The translations under genes and the position numbers were made by a program. A DNA stretch of 64,000 nt from contig NZ_JAJUIS010000009.1 of NCBI RefSeq assembly GCF_029267515.1, positions 41,747 to 105,746 on the forward strand, read 5' to 3'. Shown here piece after piece: positions 63,609 to 64,000 of the stretch (position 1 is its first letter; the number at the start of each line of letters is the position of its first letter). Under the pieces are notes generated by a model. It was not told the origin of the DNA. It did not search any database and was given only the letters and a program-made list of their open reading frames with translations. This stretch comes from Seleniivibrio woodruffii. Lineage in GTDB: Bacteria > Chrysiogenota > Deferribacteres > Deferribacterales > Geovibrionaceae.

Positions 63609-64000
63609 AAAGAACCGTTTTAAAACCTTTTCCATAACCCTCATCTCAGTCTGGCTCATCCTTCTGGTTCTTGTGCCGACACTGATGGTTCTGGCTGTCA
63701 GCTTGATGACCAGCAACACTCCAGGTGAGATTTCACCCGTTTTCACGCTGAATAACTACAAAGCCATACGCGACCCGCTCTTTCTGCAGGTGCTCGCGGA
63801 CTCTTTCGAAATGGCTTTCGTAACCACGGCTCTGTGTCTGCTGATAGGCTACCCTTTTGCTTATAACCTTTCAAAATACAGGGGAAAATTCAAAAGTCTT
63901 CTGCTGGTGCTTATCATCATTCCTTTCTGGACAAGCTCCCTGATACGTACCTATGCAATCATCATAATAATAAAGACCAACGGAGTGCTGAACGGTGCTC
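63601..64000 (+). CDS. potB: Spermidine/putrescine ABC transporter permease; 3' end lies outside the window
   Basis: ATG 63601 overlaps the potA end by 8 nt. Open to the window edge (MTEKNRFKTFSITLISVWLILLVLVPT...IIPFWTSSLIRTYA). Absent from the ORF track because there is no stop in the window. Confidence 0.85.
   Translation, partial: MTEKNRFKTFSITLISVWLILLVLVPTLMVLAVSLMTSNTPGEISPVFTLNNYKAIRDPLFLQVLADSFEMAFVTTALCLLIGYPFAYNLSKYRGKFKSLLLVLIIIPFWTSSLIRTYAIIIIIKTNGVLNGA

Noticed and set aside
1-64000. CRISPR arrays, insertion sequences, integrases, prophage genes, toxin-antitoxin pairs or known defence systems.
   Set aside because: I saw no regularly spaced short repeats and no transposase, integrase or phage-like ORFs in any frame. 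The only mobile-element-like signals are the degenerate tRNA-end repeats and the 99-bp duplication, both reported above.

Overview
Dense 64-kb chromosomal window, about 65 protein genes plus one tRNA-Leu(CAG). Gene content suggests a motile, respiratory diderm bacterium; I cannot assign a taxon from sequence alone. No rRNA, CRISPR array, transposase, integrase or phage gene was recognised. Blocks in order: bioA-bioD; a minus-strand TPR-exbB-exbD-tonB-midA operon; surE; elbB; a GHL13-like gene and a SPOR gene; an orphan soluble kinase; a CsoR-type repressor with a P1B metal ATPase; tRNA-Leu with a small AT-rich islet; thiF-like, pyk and a C11-like peptidase; a Hyb-type [NiFe] uptake hydrogenase operon (hybOABCD order); two RlmI-like methyltransferase paralogues; three two-component systems; three chemoreceptor genes; MFS and ZntB transporters; a class II photolyase; an amino-acid exporter cluster (argO/argP, RhtB-like, azlCD); an A-type haem-copper oxidase operon (cyt c, sco, coxA, coxC, coxIV, dihaem coxB, ctaB); and potAB. 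The best candidate for something undescribed is the 894-bp gap at 34675-35568. It holds a near-consensus sigma-54 promoter, two upstream copies of a 16-bp dyad (a third copy sits at the kinase/activator gene junction), and a ~195-nt non-coding transcript with four stems and an intrinsic terminator. This lies beside a chemoreceptor - soluble kinase - NtrC-type activator operon. Other items worth a second look: a perfect 99-bp direct repeat duplicating a promoter and gene start around a hairpin-rich 165-bp insert; a secreted C11-like peptidase with no canonical start codon; an unlisted 43-codon lipoprotein gene; an orphan 94-aa mini flagellar rod protein; and a decayed integration hotspot at tRNA-Leu. 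All functional calls rest on motif recognition by eye; no database search was run.
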